From contig JAYWIR010000009.1 of NCBI GenBank assembly GCA_036172245.1, forward strand, positions 496,001 to 560,000: a stretch of 64,000 bases of DNA, in the 5' to 3' direction. Positions 1 through 11,899 of the stretch are shown here, in pieces. Both the position numbers and the translations under genes were made by a program. Within the stretch, counting starts at the first letter, position 1; each line of letters opens with the position of its first letter. Under the pieces are notes generated by a model, which saw only the letters and a list, made by a program, of their open reading frames with translations, was not told the DNA's origin and made no database searches. Source of the DNA: Raillietiella orientalis (Eukaryota).

Positions 1-340
1 ATTTCATCTTCCACTCGAGATTGTCGTCTCGAGGGGCTTTCTTCGGGCCAGTAATCCGACGCGTGTCTCCAGTGGGTCTTCCAGGAGAAGCGCACGTTGC
101 ACCACCCCAACTCCTCCCTGGTGCTCCCCATCAATGGCAGCCAAGTTCTTCCAAGTTCTTCTCGATTTCCGGAGAGAGAGCATTCCGCCGTTTTTCCGAA
201 CCCACGATCCCACGGCACGAGGACGTGAGCTTTGTACGTGCTTCCTTGAGCTCCGGCCACGGCCATCAAGTGGAGTCAAGAAGTGTAGAGGCTGGAACGA
301 GGAGGACGAGGGACTGTAGAGGAGGAGGAAGTGGAGAGGA
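1..340. repeat. Dispersed inverted repeat (partner about 57330-57661)
   Basis: ATTTCATCTTCCACTCGAGATTGTCGTCTCGAGGGGC... is the reverse complement of sequence ending at 57661; identity decays towards position 340. Confidence 0.9.
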
Positions 341-780
341 CGTGGGATCGTAGAGGGAGAGAAAGTGAGGAAAACGAGGGACTGTAGAGGGAACGAAAGG
401 CAGGACGAAGAGGTGGAAATGAGGAGGACGAGAGACTGTAGAGGAGGAGGAAATGATGCCGACGACGACGGCGATGACGACGTTCTTGTTGTTGTTGTAG
501 CAGCAGCTGCCCTGTTGCTGCTGCTGAAGTTGATGTTGTTGTTGATGGTGGCAATGATGATGGTTATGAGAAGGAGGAGGAGGAGGACGGGGTAGGAAGG
601 GGAGGAAAGGAAAGAGAAGAAGGAAGTGAGGAGAGAAGATGGAGAAGGAAGGGTGGTGGTGATGGTGGTGGTGGAGGAGGAGGTGAAAGGGAAGAGAAAG
701 GAAAAGTAAAAAGGAGGAAGGCGAAAAAAGGAGGAAGTGACGGGAGGAAGGTGGAGTAGGAAATGAGGTGGGAGGATCTA
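283..780. repeat. Purine-rich low-complexity tract with mixed trinucleotide runs
   Basis: Three copies of a GAGGACGAGGGACTGTAGAGG-like unit, then GAC, GTT, GCT, GAT, GGA and GGT runs. Confidence 0.85.
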
Positions 781-1520
781 GAACATCGAGTGGCGAGAGG
801 TTCGGCGTACGGATTCCTCCGGTTCGGTACAGGAGTCGCCGATGGGGAAGTACCCCAGCGAGGACAGCGAGAGACACTGCAAGCTCCTGATCTCCTGTTC
901 GGTCCTCTCGCTTTCAGAAGGGAGCTGCACTGCTCCATTCTGAACTCAGAGTGGGGTCCTTCAGGCTCTGCGCCCCCATGTTCTCGAGGGATGTGTAGAG
1001 GCGTTGAGAGGAAAGCAGCATAGGAGAGAGAGTCGGAAAACGAAACAGAAACAAAGATGCGAGCCTGCACTGGCAACAGATTCTCTCGGTAGCTGTTCGC
1101 CGGCCGCGGGATGACGCCTAGAAATCGTCATGAAACCAGGGGTGGACCCCACAGACTCCCTTCCGTTCCCTTGGAACTTATGAGCAGCTGAAAGACCTAT
1201 TCTCGGCGGTCGAAGAATGGGCCTCTGAATCTTCCCGAGATCCCCATGTTCGTCTCTCCAGAATTCTGGTCTCCGTCTTCCTGGATTCTGCTGTTCATCG
1301 AGGCCGACGCAGGCAAGCGATGTATCTTGGAGCGAGCTCACGTAAGCAGAAACTTCCAGCTTCTCGCAACCACTCCCGACCGCTTCTCATCTCCGTTCCC
1401 GGTGCTCCGGCGAAAACCCAAGACCGCGGAGCAGCAAATTGCCTCCGTTTTCCGGAGAAGGAGCATCCCCTGGGGGAGAAAAAGACCTTTCCGAACCAGG
1501 GCGCGACTCCTCGGGTGAGC
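770..1520 (+). pseudogene. Death domain + NACHT N-terminal remnant
   Basis: DD-like EDLEHRVARGSAYGFLRFGTGVADGEV; Walker A-like ILLFIEADAGKRCIL followed by RNFQLL; frameshifted. Confidence 0.4.
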
Positions 1521-1899
1521 ATCCCATCCAGGAAGCGACAGCGCGGAAAGTGAAATCGGGATTGTAGTCGCTCCCCCGCCCCTCCGCACGCGTTTCCCAT
1601 GCGCACATCGCCTGCATATAAAGAAGCAGGCGACTCGGCTTCCGCCTCCGGTTTGGCTCCCTCTCTCCATGCGAAAGGAGCGGCTTGAGCCAGCGTGAAC
1701 CGTCGGCTGCAGCTGCGCCGTGGAGGACCTCCTGGAGACACCCAGTGAGTACTTGGATTCTGTGGTTGCCAAGGAAAAGCGAAAGAGGAAAGAGAGGAAA
1801 AGCAAAAGAGAAAAGGGAAAAGTGGGGTGGGGCGAGAGGCACGCGCGCATCCGTCCGTCCAACCGCGACTCCCGGGTCGCCGCCCGCACGTCCAGTAAC

Positions 1900-3100
1900 C
1901 GCACTCGGGAGCTTTCGCCCTGGAAGTGACCGCCGTCCGCGGGAGGAAGGGCGAGACAGGCCCTCGTGGAACCGACTCGCCGGTGACCACCCTCCCATCC
2001 TGATGAATCCCTATGGGGACATCCTGCGCCGCACGCTGCCGCTTGCTTCCCGAAAGGGGAGCGCGCGACCACAGGCGCGCGCCGCAGCGAGGAGACAGCG
2101 GCTGCTCCTGTGCTCCACGTTCCGGTCGTTGCCTCCGCCCCTCCTTCGTCCTTCCTTGGGAAGCGTGGCGCATGATTGGGCGGCAAACAGAGGGGAACCT
2201 CGTCCGTAGATCCCGCGGCGAACCTCCTGTGCACCGCACAGTTGGCGCCGCGTACGCGTAGCGGCAGCTTCTTCACTCCCGCGGGAAGCCGGTCCGGAAG
2301 CAGTCAGTGGACGACGGCCCTGCGCTGCACGCGCCGCCGGGTACATCGCCGGCGACTCGAGCGCGCCGTCGTGAGCTGCTGCTGCGTCGCATGGGGTGCT
2401 TTCTGGCCAGCCTCCTGGTCGTGCCGTTCGAAGAGGAGCAGGTCGTCAATTCCCGAATTCCTGAGGGTGCGCCAAGATGTCTTCTTCCGGAGGTATGTGA
2501 CGATCTCGAATTTCTCCTTTTCCGGTTGCTCGTGTAGTCGCCGCCCCAGTTCCCCTCGAGGGTGACCCCGCGCAGCGGGAAACTCGGTCCGGTCACGGAG
2601 CCCCCTCGGCGCACGCAGGCGGAGCGCGGCTGGGTACCCATCGCGACCTCCTCCCCATTGCTTTCGTTCGTGCGTCCTCATTGCCGTCCCCATGTCCACT
2701 CATCTGCCGTCTCCCTCCTGGCTGCTCGCTGAGATCCCCAGCTGTCTCCCGTGACGGATTCAACAAACGAATTCGAACCTACTCATTGTTGGCCTCGGGT
2801 ACCGCTTCGGCTATTGTTGCCACCTCACTGTTGGCGGAGGGTTGCAATACGAGGTACACCTCCCTATCCTCGAGCGTCCATCAAGTCGTCATCCTCACCT
2901 GATACGCGGATGCTTGCTCTAAACGTAGCTGCCAAGGGCAGTCCTGCTAGCAACCGCTGCTCCCAGGGTTCTTGCGAAAGTTCCTACCAGGCAGGGGCGT
3001 GCAAGGCTTCTGTCACCATCTATCCAAGACGGGGATATATTGGGGAGAAGTTCCTCGGATACGCGGTTGCCGATCAACGGCATGTCTTCCGGAAAGCCAA
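1900..3100 (-). pseudogene. Death domain + NACHT remnant
   Basis: DD-like VSEELLPNISPSWIDGDRSLAR; KEKFEIVTYLRK...GIDDLLL (FDLVFFLRLR-like); AVSSLRRAPVVAR (LC..P-like); found in several frames. Confidence 0.45.
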
Positions 3101-3249
3101 GAAAAAAAAAAGAAGCATAATAGATGCGGCGGACTCCAGTTGTCGGGGCAACGCTCGGACCACTTCGACTAGGCCAAATCAAGCGGCCATCCCGACGGGG
3201 GCCAAACCAGACATAAGGGTTTCCAAGGACTCGGAGGGGAATCGCTAAG

Positions 3250-5220
3250 AAACAAATTTTGCACCCCAATGAATCACTGCGGCAAGCATTTTCAATAATG
3301 TCTGAATCATATTCAGATATTTCCCGTGGCAGACTGCCTCCGTGACGGCATCAGCACCATGGGTGCCCCGTCCGATAATGCGTCTGCTGCTGTTTCCGAG
3401 GACACCATGGTAGCAAATCTCCCAACAAATTAAAGGGTAATCTCGGATACCGAAACAGTTATCACACGCAGTGCGGCACAAAGCGCGCGAGCGGTTACTA
3501 TGCGGCCGTTCCGTTGACGCGGAGGAATTCATCCAGTATCCCATCCATGTGTCCTCTTGATGAACCTCTTGGGCGAAGGGGGAGCTCACAAAACTGAGCA
3601 CATTGCCTGTCGTGGCCGCGCACACCTCGGGGAGTGACTGACTTCACGTCCGGCGGCCTCCCCTTCCGATGAAGCGGCGCGGCGTCCCGAGCGAACGAAA
3701 AGAATCCCAGCTGTTTCCTCGGCTCAGTTTCGTCCTCGGGAATTCGTCCCAGAAGGGAAACATGCTTCGATTGACTCGGGTGCATGCACCGAAGCTGACT
3801 TGATGCTTGATGGAAAATGACGGTGCACATTTGTTGGAGGAAATGGAGAAGGAGCTTTCGATCGAAGTCAGGAGTCCCTCGTTCAGAACCGATCTCTCTA
3901 TTTAGGGGCGATGTGCTTTCCGGTGTTTACGTGGCTGCGACGTGCAAGGAAGGGAGGAAGAGAGGGAGCAGGATGATTTGGTCTGACGCAGGGATGACAC
4001 CCCAGTGTGCCTTGAACCCCTTGCAAAGAAACACGCCTTTCCCATTCGAGTGAAGCCACACTTCAGGAGAAAAATTATAATGATGAAAACACCCACGCAC
4101 ATACACCAAGAATGTCCACGACACAGGAACGCGCAAGGATGACTCCGGCTTACTCTGAATTCAGTTCTGCACCACACAGATGATGCATCACGACGAGCTT
4201 TATTTGCATCCAGATTTATTTCGCAGAATTTCAGAAGTATCTTCCACAGTTCTCGCCGTCTGACCGCACTGCCGGAAGCGCGTCAACAGCTGCTCGTCCT
4301 AAATGGTGACCCAAGATGTATCTCCGGTATGCCCCGCGGCTGCTCCCCATTTTGTACGCGCATCATCCGTGGCTCTCTTCGCGTTCTCCCTCTTTCGCGC
4401 GCGGAATCCGGAAGTTGGCTGAGCACCTCGTTGTTCCTTGAGTCCCGGACTCCCGGAGACCGCACTGCAAGCCCATCCCCGGCGAACGGGAGGTGCACTT
4501 CCTTCGATTCGGTCTTCGTTCTCTGCCGCGCTCCTCCGGATGCTGCTCTCGGGACATCGAAGCGCGCGCGAGCTCGGCTTCTCTTCTGGAGCACCGGATG
4601 GGGGACGCGGTCCCTCGTCGCCTCCCGGAAGTGAGCTGGTCGCCAGCTGGCTCCCGTCTTCCCCTGCACATTTCCTCGATGAGGTCTGACCGTGCCCGCT
4701 GCTGAAGACGCTGGAATTCCGCACGCAGACGTTTAAGGTCGAGGGACTGTGCCCACACAGAACGCCTCCAGCGCACCCCATCGTCGCGCCCCTTACTGCG
4801 GACTTGGAAGTTGTTCACGCCGACAAATCAAAAGCTGGAAGCTAATCATGTAAAAATTTCGAGGACAAATCGGGGATAGCTAGGGACAAGCAGGGTTGCC
4901 TCTGCAACACTTGTGCCAGGGTGCTCAGCTGCGATGCCTGCCAGCCCCATCGCCCCACGCTTTTGATTTCCGGAGAAAGCGAAACCCGGCCGGCTCGTTC
5001 CAATGCAGGAAATCCCACCCTTTATTTCCGGGTTTGGGAAGCTCCTTCTCGAGCCTTGCAGAGAGACACCGCGCGTTTGCCTTTTTGCATGAGCTCAGGA
5101 GCTGTGCAGCCTCCAGGAGTCTCTCGGCCTCGCCTTCAGCGAACTTTCCCTCTAGGAGGGCGGCAAACTCCCTGTACCAAGTTCCAAATAGCATTTTGTG
5201 TTGCTTGAGATAAACTTCTT
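3250..5220 (-). pseudogene. Death domain + NACHT (NLR-like) pseudogene
   Basis: Clear DD LFGTWYREFAALL...EAAQLLSSCKK...RLEKELPKPG (4990-5200), then in NACHT order WAQSLDLKRL, SWVTI*DEQ, FLVYVRGCF, DQIILLPLFLPSL, VSLLGRIP...QLGFFSFARDAA. Confidence 0.6.
4269..4766. repeat. Near-identical direct repeat A, copy 1 (partner 16984-17481)
   Basis: 498 bp, offset 12715, about 4 mismatches by eye. Confidence 0.95.
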
Positions 5221-5579
5221 TAATTCCCTTCAGTGTTTTTCTTCTGAATGCTAATGCATTTTTCCTTCCACTTTGGGAAACTTCCTCATTCGAGATGCAT
5301 CACCGGCTTCTTCCGCGACAAAAAAAGAAAAACGGAAATTACTTGTTCCGAGAGCATGTTTCCAGGAAGATTTCAATCTATCCTTTGGGTCGACAGTGAG
5401 GAGGGGCACTTCCAAAATAAAGTGGAATCCTTAAAAATAGGGAACGCAATTAGCCTCATTCGCTTTCAGTGCTTTCCTGTCTCGGCTCTCGTATAATCTT
5501 CCGAATTTTCATAATCGCCTCCTATTCCAGTCTCGAGGCTGCTTGCAGCGTGCGTGGCTGTGATGAGATCTCGCGATAT

Positions 5580-7650
5580 TAATGAAGCCAGGAGAAATCT
5601 TTCCTCCGTGCCATGGAACCTCACTCTGCGTGGTGTGCACTTGTGTTCCACTCGTAGTTGGGCTGCCAAAAAATTGGTTCCAATTTGAGTGGCTCCACTG
5701 CCCGGTGATACGTGCAAGAAACGTCTCGAATCGCTCCTCTGATGTGGACTGTCGCTCCCACCTTCCCGCTGCACCCACCCTTGGTGGTCCGTCTGACCCT
5801 CCTGCAGCTGTGATGTGCTCTGCACAGATTCCAGAACGCCACCAGCGCAACACGACCGCTGGTGCGATCGCAGAATCCGCATCTTGCTTCGAAGAGCGAA
5901 ATTCTTTACTAAGCAAATCAAAACAAAACGAAAAAAAAACAGCAGCAGCACCAGGAGACGAATTGAAACCTCGAACCTCCCTCTACCATTTGGCAGCTGC
6001 CCTCACTTGTTGTTGCAAAATTTGGACTCTACAAGCCGACAAGTACGAACCCCATCGCATCCGCACAATACAGAACGGAAAGAGACACCAAACGGAATTC
6101 TCTGCCTATTGATAGCCCACAGGAGACAGAAAGAGTCGAGCAAGAAGAAAAGTGGAAACCGAGGAGACTAAGAGCAGAAATCATAGCATCATGAAAAGGA
6201 AACAAGAACAAGAATTTCCAGACGCAGACGCTGAATCAACACTTTTGGGCACTTTCGGGGGTGGGTTGCGTGCGACCGAAAGACCAGCTCTCGGTCCGAA
6301 CACTCGGAGGCGCAAGTGCCGTCGCCAAACTGCGCCAAGCAGGGGGGCAGCAGCAGCCATCCGGGCAGCGAAAGCGCCGCAAGCCAGCGGGGGGGTGGGA
6401 ACTTGCAGGTGGGAACCTCGGGGTGAGCGAAGGGCGGCCAGGGTGAAGCCGAAGGGAACGCGGCCGGCAACGGACCGGCGCTGGAGTCCTTCCAGCGCGC
6501 CGGGCGCGGCCCCGCAACGCGTTCGAAGGTTCCGCCGAGCGCGCGAGCCGGTGGCCAGCCGGTGCGCAGCGCCGACCGGTCAGCGTGACGTCGCCAGGGA
6601 CTCTCGCCCGCCAGGGACCGGGCGGAGGGATGCTTCGCGCTCCCGAGGTACTCGGGACGGCCAAGCAAGGTCGCCAAGGTACCCCAAACGAATCGATACT
6701 ATCGAAAGCGGAGCGTTCCGAAGGGAGCGTGCAGGTGGCGGCGGAAGGAGTCCGGCGAGCGGGGGACGCGCATCCCGGCTGAATCCCCGACTGAGGCGAC
6801 GGGGGTTCTCCTTCCGGGCCCACCGGGGGAGCTCGCAGCCATCGATGAGTCTGAGCACCCTGAAGCAGAACGCCGCTGGAAAGCAGCAAGACCGCTCGGA
6901 AGTAAATCGCGCAAGTTGCAAGCGATACTCTGGTTAGATGTTTTGCAAATACTCCGCTATTATTTAGAAGGACTTATCTGCTGCAGAAGGGCTGCACAGG
7001 GAAGAAGCGCGAGAAGGAGGATCAAGTGCGGATGATCGAGCACTTTGGAGTTGCAGTCCTGAGAGCCCTCTCCGGAGGACTTTGGGAATCCACTAAGAAA
7101 GAGGGTTCGAGGAGAAGTAGCTGTGAATCGGAAATTCTATTTCCATCGAAAGCGTGGAGTTTGCGCTGCCAGTTTGGCCTTGACTGCACTCTGTGCATGC
7201 TGACAAAATTTCCGTCCTGACTATCCTCGTTGAAAGGACAACTGGGCTGAAGGCTCGTGAGAAGCGAACCAAGAGTTCAGTGACCCACGGGAAGCCAGAC
7301 GAAGGAAAATCATTAGCTATCCCTGATTAATGACCGGCTGAAATCAATATTGGGAGTTCACCAATACTCTGGAATCTTGGGATTGATCCCTGCCTTAGGA
7401 ATGCCCCCGAAGAAAACTTTTTCATCGTAATCGGTCGGAGAAAGCTGGGGGATTTCTTCGTCTTCCATTCTTTAGTGGAGTCGCAGCTCGATTCATGGAC
7501 CTGAAGGGGGTTACAGGAGGAAATTCTTCCTCTTGGGTGGACGTGCTCTTCGCTGCTACACAGGGTGATTCCTTGAACGGAAGCTCCTCCGGACACTGCC
7601 GTCGTGTATTGCATTCAGCATGGTGCGATAGAAGGTGCCCTTTGTAGGAA
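5580..7650 (+). pseudogene. Death domain(s) + NACHT pseudogene
   Basis: DD-like LVVGLPKNWFQF and PAGGWELAGGNLGVSEG...ALESFQRAGRG; Walker A-like GVLLPGPPG/GSSQPSMSLSTLKQNAAGK across a frameshift near 6825; then VRMIEHFG and SEILFPSKAW. Confidence 0.55.
6263..6890. repeat. Identical direct repeat B, copy 1 (partner 38290-38917)
   Basis: 628 bp, offset 32027, no mismatch seen by eye. Confidence 0.95.
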
Positions 7651-7749
7651 CAAAGCGTGACACTGGATCCTAGGTGTGCACTTAAGAATTCAAGCAGCGT
7701 CTCCGACTGACAGGCTGGCTGCTATCGAGTTCCGAAAAAACTCATCCTC

Positions 7750-8760
7750 TTGTGACCTCCGCGCCTCCTTGAAGACGCGCGTCATGTCTTCGTTTATTTT
7801 TCGTTCCAAACGGGGTCATTTAGCCTCTCTCCTTAGCATGTAGGCGATGGTTTCCCGTCCTTGGCATCCTGATCCAGCTGGTGGCGTACGGCTTCAACGC
7901 TGCAGAACTCACCAGACACCCTAGCGATCCCTGTGACCATAGTTCCCGACGCGTGTAAGGAGGTGCCGAAGGAATTCCCTGAAGGTGTCCTCCGGGTGCG
8001 AAAGGTCGCCTCGCCATTCTCAAGGAAGTGTGTTGCAGTTCAATACCAGAAGGAAGATTCGATCTTCCTGCACCTGGCATAGTTGAGATGACGAAATGAA
8101 GGAGCCCCTGGCGGTGATGTGCCGGAAAGTTGGTGGCAACTCCTATTCCTAGAGTGACTGAACACAACCGTCGTATGTGCACGTGAGGACGCCATCCAGC
8201 TTAGGTCATGAATCTCAAGCTGCACCCTGACGGTCACTAGGAGGAAGTAACCGAAAGCTGCGAAGGACCACCGCGATGTCTGGAAGCCCAGACTGAGGTG
8301 GCATTGGTCTTCTCGGAGACGTGCCTGAATGAGCAGACCCACTGAGGGGGAATGCAGCTTTCGTGTCAACAAGACGAAAGCTCGCTTTGCACGAGAGCAT
8401 TAAAGAAGGCAAAAAGAAAAAATCCCGAAGAGTAGGTTTGAGCTGATGGATTTCAATCTCAGCATCCGGATATGCACCACGCATCGACCAATCCTCTTCA
8501 ACATTTGAGCTAGGAAACGTGAACCTGTCTCCTAGGGTTTTTGCTCTTCACCCTGTCAGACGTTTCCATGCAGAAACCTTGCGGTCTGTGCGGCCGCATT
8601 TTGCGGCGTTTCCTAGCTGCATTTTGCCTGATGTCTCCATCTCTACCACTGAGGAGCGCGCGCCTAAGAAGAACCCTGAGCTGCAGAACGAAAAATTTCG
8701 AGAGAGCTGAGTTTTCACTCAGCAAACGCTGCTCTTTGGTGACAAGGTGAATGTGCAATG
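7750..8760 (-). pseudogene. NACHT remnant
   Basis: LSKFFVLQLRVL, GAYPDAEIEIHQLKP (LP.A.ILITSRP-like), HFLENGEATFR (LGELAF-like). Weak. Confidence 0.33.
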
Positions 8761-9013
8761 GAAGCAGACGAAGAAAAAGTCAGGGAATGACTCCAAAGCG
8801 AAAATCAAATTGCTGCATAGTGAGAGGTCGGGCGCAACACGCGCATGTGGGATACGAAAGGTCTCCAAACTACCAGAAATGGGAACGAAATTTCCTCAAA
8901 ACGCAAGGAAGGGTGGCGCAGAGAAGTTTCAGGTGATCCAAAGGGAACGGGATGAGGATTCACGAAGACTTTGCTGATCGGAACCTATCCCAAAGTTCAA
9001 TGAGCCCTAAGTT

Positions 9014-9662
9014 GGGCCCGCGTTGGAGACCGCGTGGCTGTGGTCTCTCCGCGCGTGGTACCAAGCGTTGCGAGTTCGAATCTTGCCCGGGGAAGGATCG
9101 ACGCCGAAAATGCGGGGTGCGTCGCGGGTTTCGAGTTCCTCCGCAAGATGACGTTGGTTGGTTTTAGTCCGGCACTGGTGGGAGCCGGGAACTAGATGCC
9201 TCCGCTGACTTACTGGTATTGAAAGTCGACCCTTCAGGATCCTTCCAAGAATCAAGGAGACGGTTCCCTTCGGTTGTGAAAATGGAGCCGTATCATGGAG
9301 CTCTCGAGGGGATGCCTCTCCGGAGTGTAAGAAACTCACTTCTCCCTCCTGGATTCGCCTTCAGATAAGATTTGGAAGAGCCCCTTCGGGGTTCTGCTCA
9401 GAGGAGCAAACAGGGAGCAGATGCTTTCTGGATTTCTTTCGGAGAGAATAAGGAAGAGGTTTCCTTCATGATCCCCCTCGGGGTTGCCTTCAAAGACAAC
9501 CAGGGAGAGGGATCCCTTCCAAGAGTAGGAGGAAAGGACTTCTTCCTCCAGGGTCTTCCTGGATTCATAGGGCGATCTCCTCCGCGAGTACTCCCTTACT
9601 TGCACAGTTGCACGCACCCCTGAGTGCCGCGTAACAGTGTAAAAGAGCTTTGTGACCTCCTA
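9014..9662 (+). mobile_element. tRNA-derived SINE, copy 1 (full length)
   Basis: Starts GGGCCCGCGTTGG; B-box-like GAGTTCGAATC; body and 3' end homologous to the copies at 33.4, 41.0 and 59.6 kb. Confidence 0.75.
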
Positions 9663-10349
9663 GGCGAGCGGTTCTTGAGTACTTAGCGAACCGAAAAAAA
9701 AAAGGAACCTTTCCCCCAAAAAAGCTGAAAGGAAAACGGCGAAACATAAAAGAACCCGGAAGCATTTTCACCATACTAACGATCTTCCCGTGAGGTCGCT
9801 ACTGGTCTTTAAAAAAAAAAAAATTGGAACTGGCTGGAATGCACCTGAACCAGTGGCCATAGCTCAAGGTAAGGACGGTGGCAATGTTTAGAAAGGCGCA
9901 GGGATTCCCACCTGAGGAACTCTGACACGAAAGGTCATGCAGGGGAAGCAGGGGCCATTTGTGAGGAGAAAGGTGTAAGCCGAAGCCAGGAGGGATCGAA
10001 CGCAAGAATCTGGCAACTTGTTGTGGATAGTCCAAGACTTCATAGAGTTTCTCATTTTCGAGGAGGGAGGATGCAGAATTTTCGCAGACCCCCACCGTTC
10101 CCCAGCAGCTCTTCTGTTCAAATCATGAGTGATGAATGGCAACAAAGAAATCATAAATATGATGAATGAACATTCCTGAAATAAATAGGGGAGGAAGTTT
10201 TCTGCATCTGGGAGCTTCAATTCCATGGAAATTTCTCCCTTCGCAGCATCTAAGTCCCTCCCTTCCTTCGAAAGAGAAAAAAAGAAAAGTCCAGAGTGCG
10301 CCCCCCTTCTCCCTCCCACACACACCTGTCAGTCACATTTTTACTGCTT

Positions 10350-10750
10350 AGGAATTCCAGAGCATCGGTGAAGTGGGCCACTGTGCGCTAGCGGTCACTC
10401 GCAAGCTCTGATGCTCAAGTAGGGATCATTTTCGATAGCAGCGCACTGCCGTTGGGAATGTCTGGAAATGAGTAGGTTCCACTCCTCGTCCAGTTGACCT
10501 TTGACTCGAACGCCATTCGGCAGAACCGATGCACTTTTAGCTGCACGCATTGCTGTGGATTTCACATGCAGGTGGACATCAGTAGCAAGCGGTTAACACG
10601 CCTTCTTTTCATCTTCCCTGAGGTCATCAGCGAGTCACGTTGCGCATCGGTGTTGGCTGCTGAGGTCAGAGATGAGCTCAATCCGTACGATGATTCTTCG
10701 CTCGGTCACGTCGGGAGGATTGCGGATGCGTCCGCATGAACAAACAAGTC
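10350..10750 (-). pseudogene. NACHT remnant
   Basis: IIVRIELISDL, VRVKGQLDEEWNLLISRH, AAIENDPYLSIRACE*PL in NACHT order. Confidence 0.35.
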
Positions 10751-10929
10751 GGTCGGGAACGCGGTCCCCAGAGGAAAGCGAAAAGGATTTCCAGGGAAGG
10801 GTCCACCGACACTCATGCCAGGCATCCCATAAGTTTGGGAGGGATGGGAGAAGATAAATAAATACCATTGGTTTCGGACGCTTCTTTTTGCTCAGTACCG
10901 CTTCAGTATACCGGTTATCTCTGACTCTT

Positions 10930-11540
10930 CTTGCTGATGAGGGTCACCTAGCAGCCGTCCTCACGTAGGCGCCTGCCGTCAGTCCGCTTTGCGTGAAGAA
11001 GCGCCGCAGCAAGCCTTTGGCGGCGTCCTCTGGGTGCCGTAGCGCTGGCGATGGCCTCAGCCACAGTTCGCGGACAGTCCAAAAGCAGATGTGGGAACGA
11101 TTTGATTGCCCCGGACCGGGAACAGTTCAGAGGATGCCGCTGTCCCGGAAATCCCAGGACAGAATCAGCGGCACGTCCTATGATGGGCGAACCACTCAGG
11201 ACCCTACCATTCCCGCTATAGAGGTCAGCCCGACGAGGTGCTACCGAGTCGTCTTTGACCTCAGCCCCGAATCGTCACTAGAGTCCTCTGGCATTCTTGC
11301 CGTCATCAGCGCTTTTCCCGAAACTATGACCCTCTTGATCTCCGCATCCCGCGAACCATACTCGAGCCGAACCTTTCAGTGTCACAGCGACCAATCTGTT
11401 TTTTGTTGCTCGCCTAGTGGGATAGCGAGCGTCACGGGTCGGGGGACCATGCTGAAACCAGCCTGTCTCCTCCTCTTGACCAATGGCTCCTTCGTTTATC
11501 CGCGCGCCCGCCGCTTTCCCGTGCTGGCGAAGAAACAGTC
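10930..11540 (-). pseudogene. NACHT remnant
   Basis: EIKRVIVSGKALMT (Walker A), DVPLILSWDF (Walker B), PEDAAKGLLRRFF (GFSEE....IRKFF-like); several stops; similar to 59120-59340. Confidence 0.5.
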
Positions 11541-11899
11541 CATCAAAGGATAGGGATGAGATGAATGAACTGGTGCCTTATGCAACAAGGCTTCGGGAAA
11601 CTGTCGCTGTGTCCCCAAACCAGCGAGGAACTGACTCGAACCCTCTTTCGACTCGACAAACATGGGAAGAGGAATCAGCGGAACCGAGCGCAGGCCGCCA
11701 TCAATCCTCAATGAAGCAACCACAGCGAGAAGCTGCGAAGCTCCTCCCGACAAAGTTTCGCTCCGCGTGCGATTTCCTCTCCTGAGCGTCATTCAAAAAC
11801 GGGCGTCACATCTAGGAAGAGGGGCAGGGAAACTTCCTTCAGGGAGCTCTGCCTCCCGATCCGGAGCGGAGGGAAGCAGAAAGCGTTTCTTAGCAACAG

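Noticed and set aside
283..451. CRISPR-like repeat-spacer pattern
   Set aside because: Only three degenerate purine-rich units with low-complexity spacers, no cas genes, and a eukaryotic context.
266..877. 203-aa ORF with poly-His, poly-Gln and poly-Pro
   Set aside because: Translation of a simple-repeat tract; no domain or splice support.
6263..6890. Structured ncRNA or group II intron (GTGCG near the start, several GNRA-like hairpins)
   Set aside because: No domain V (AGC/CGC triad stem) or AY terminus; hairpins are expected at this GC content; better explained as decayed DD-NACHT coding sequence.
10993..11553. IgGFc-binding-protein N-terminal-like domain on the + strand (and 58758-59261 on the - strand)
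   Set aside because: The opposite strand gives ordered NACHT motifs (KRVIVSGKA, VPLILSWD, LLRRFF); the long ORF is probably an antisense shadow.
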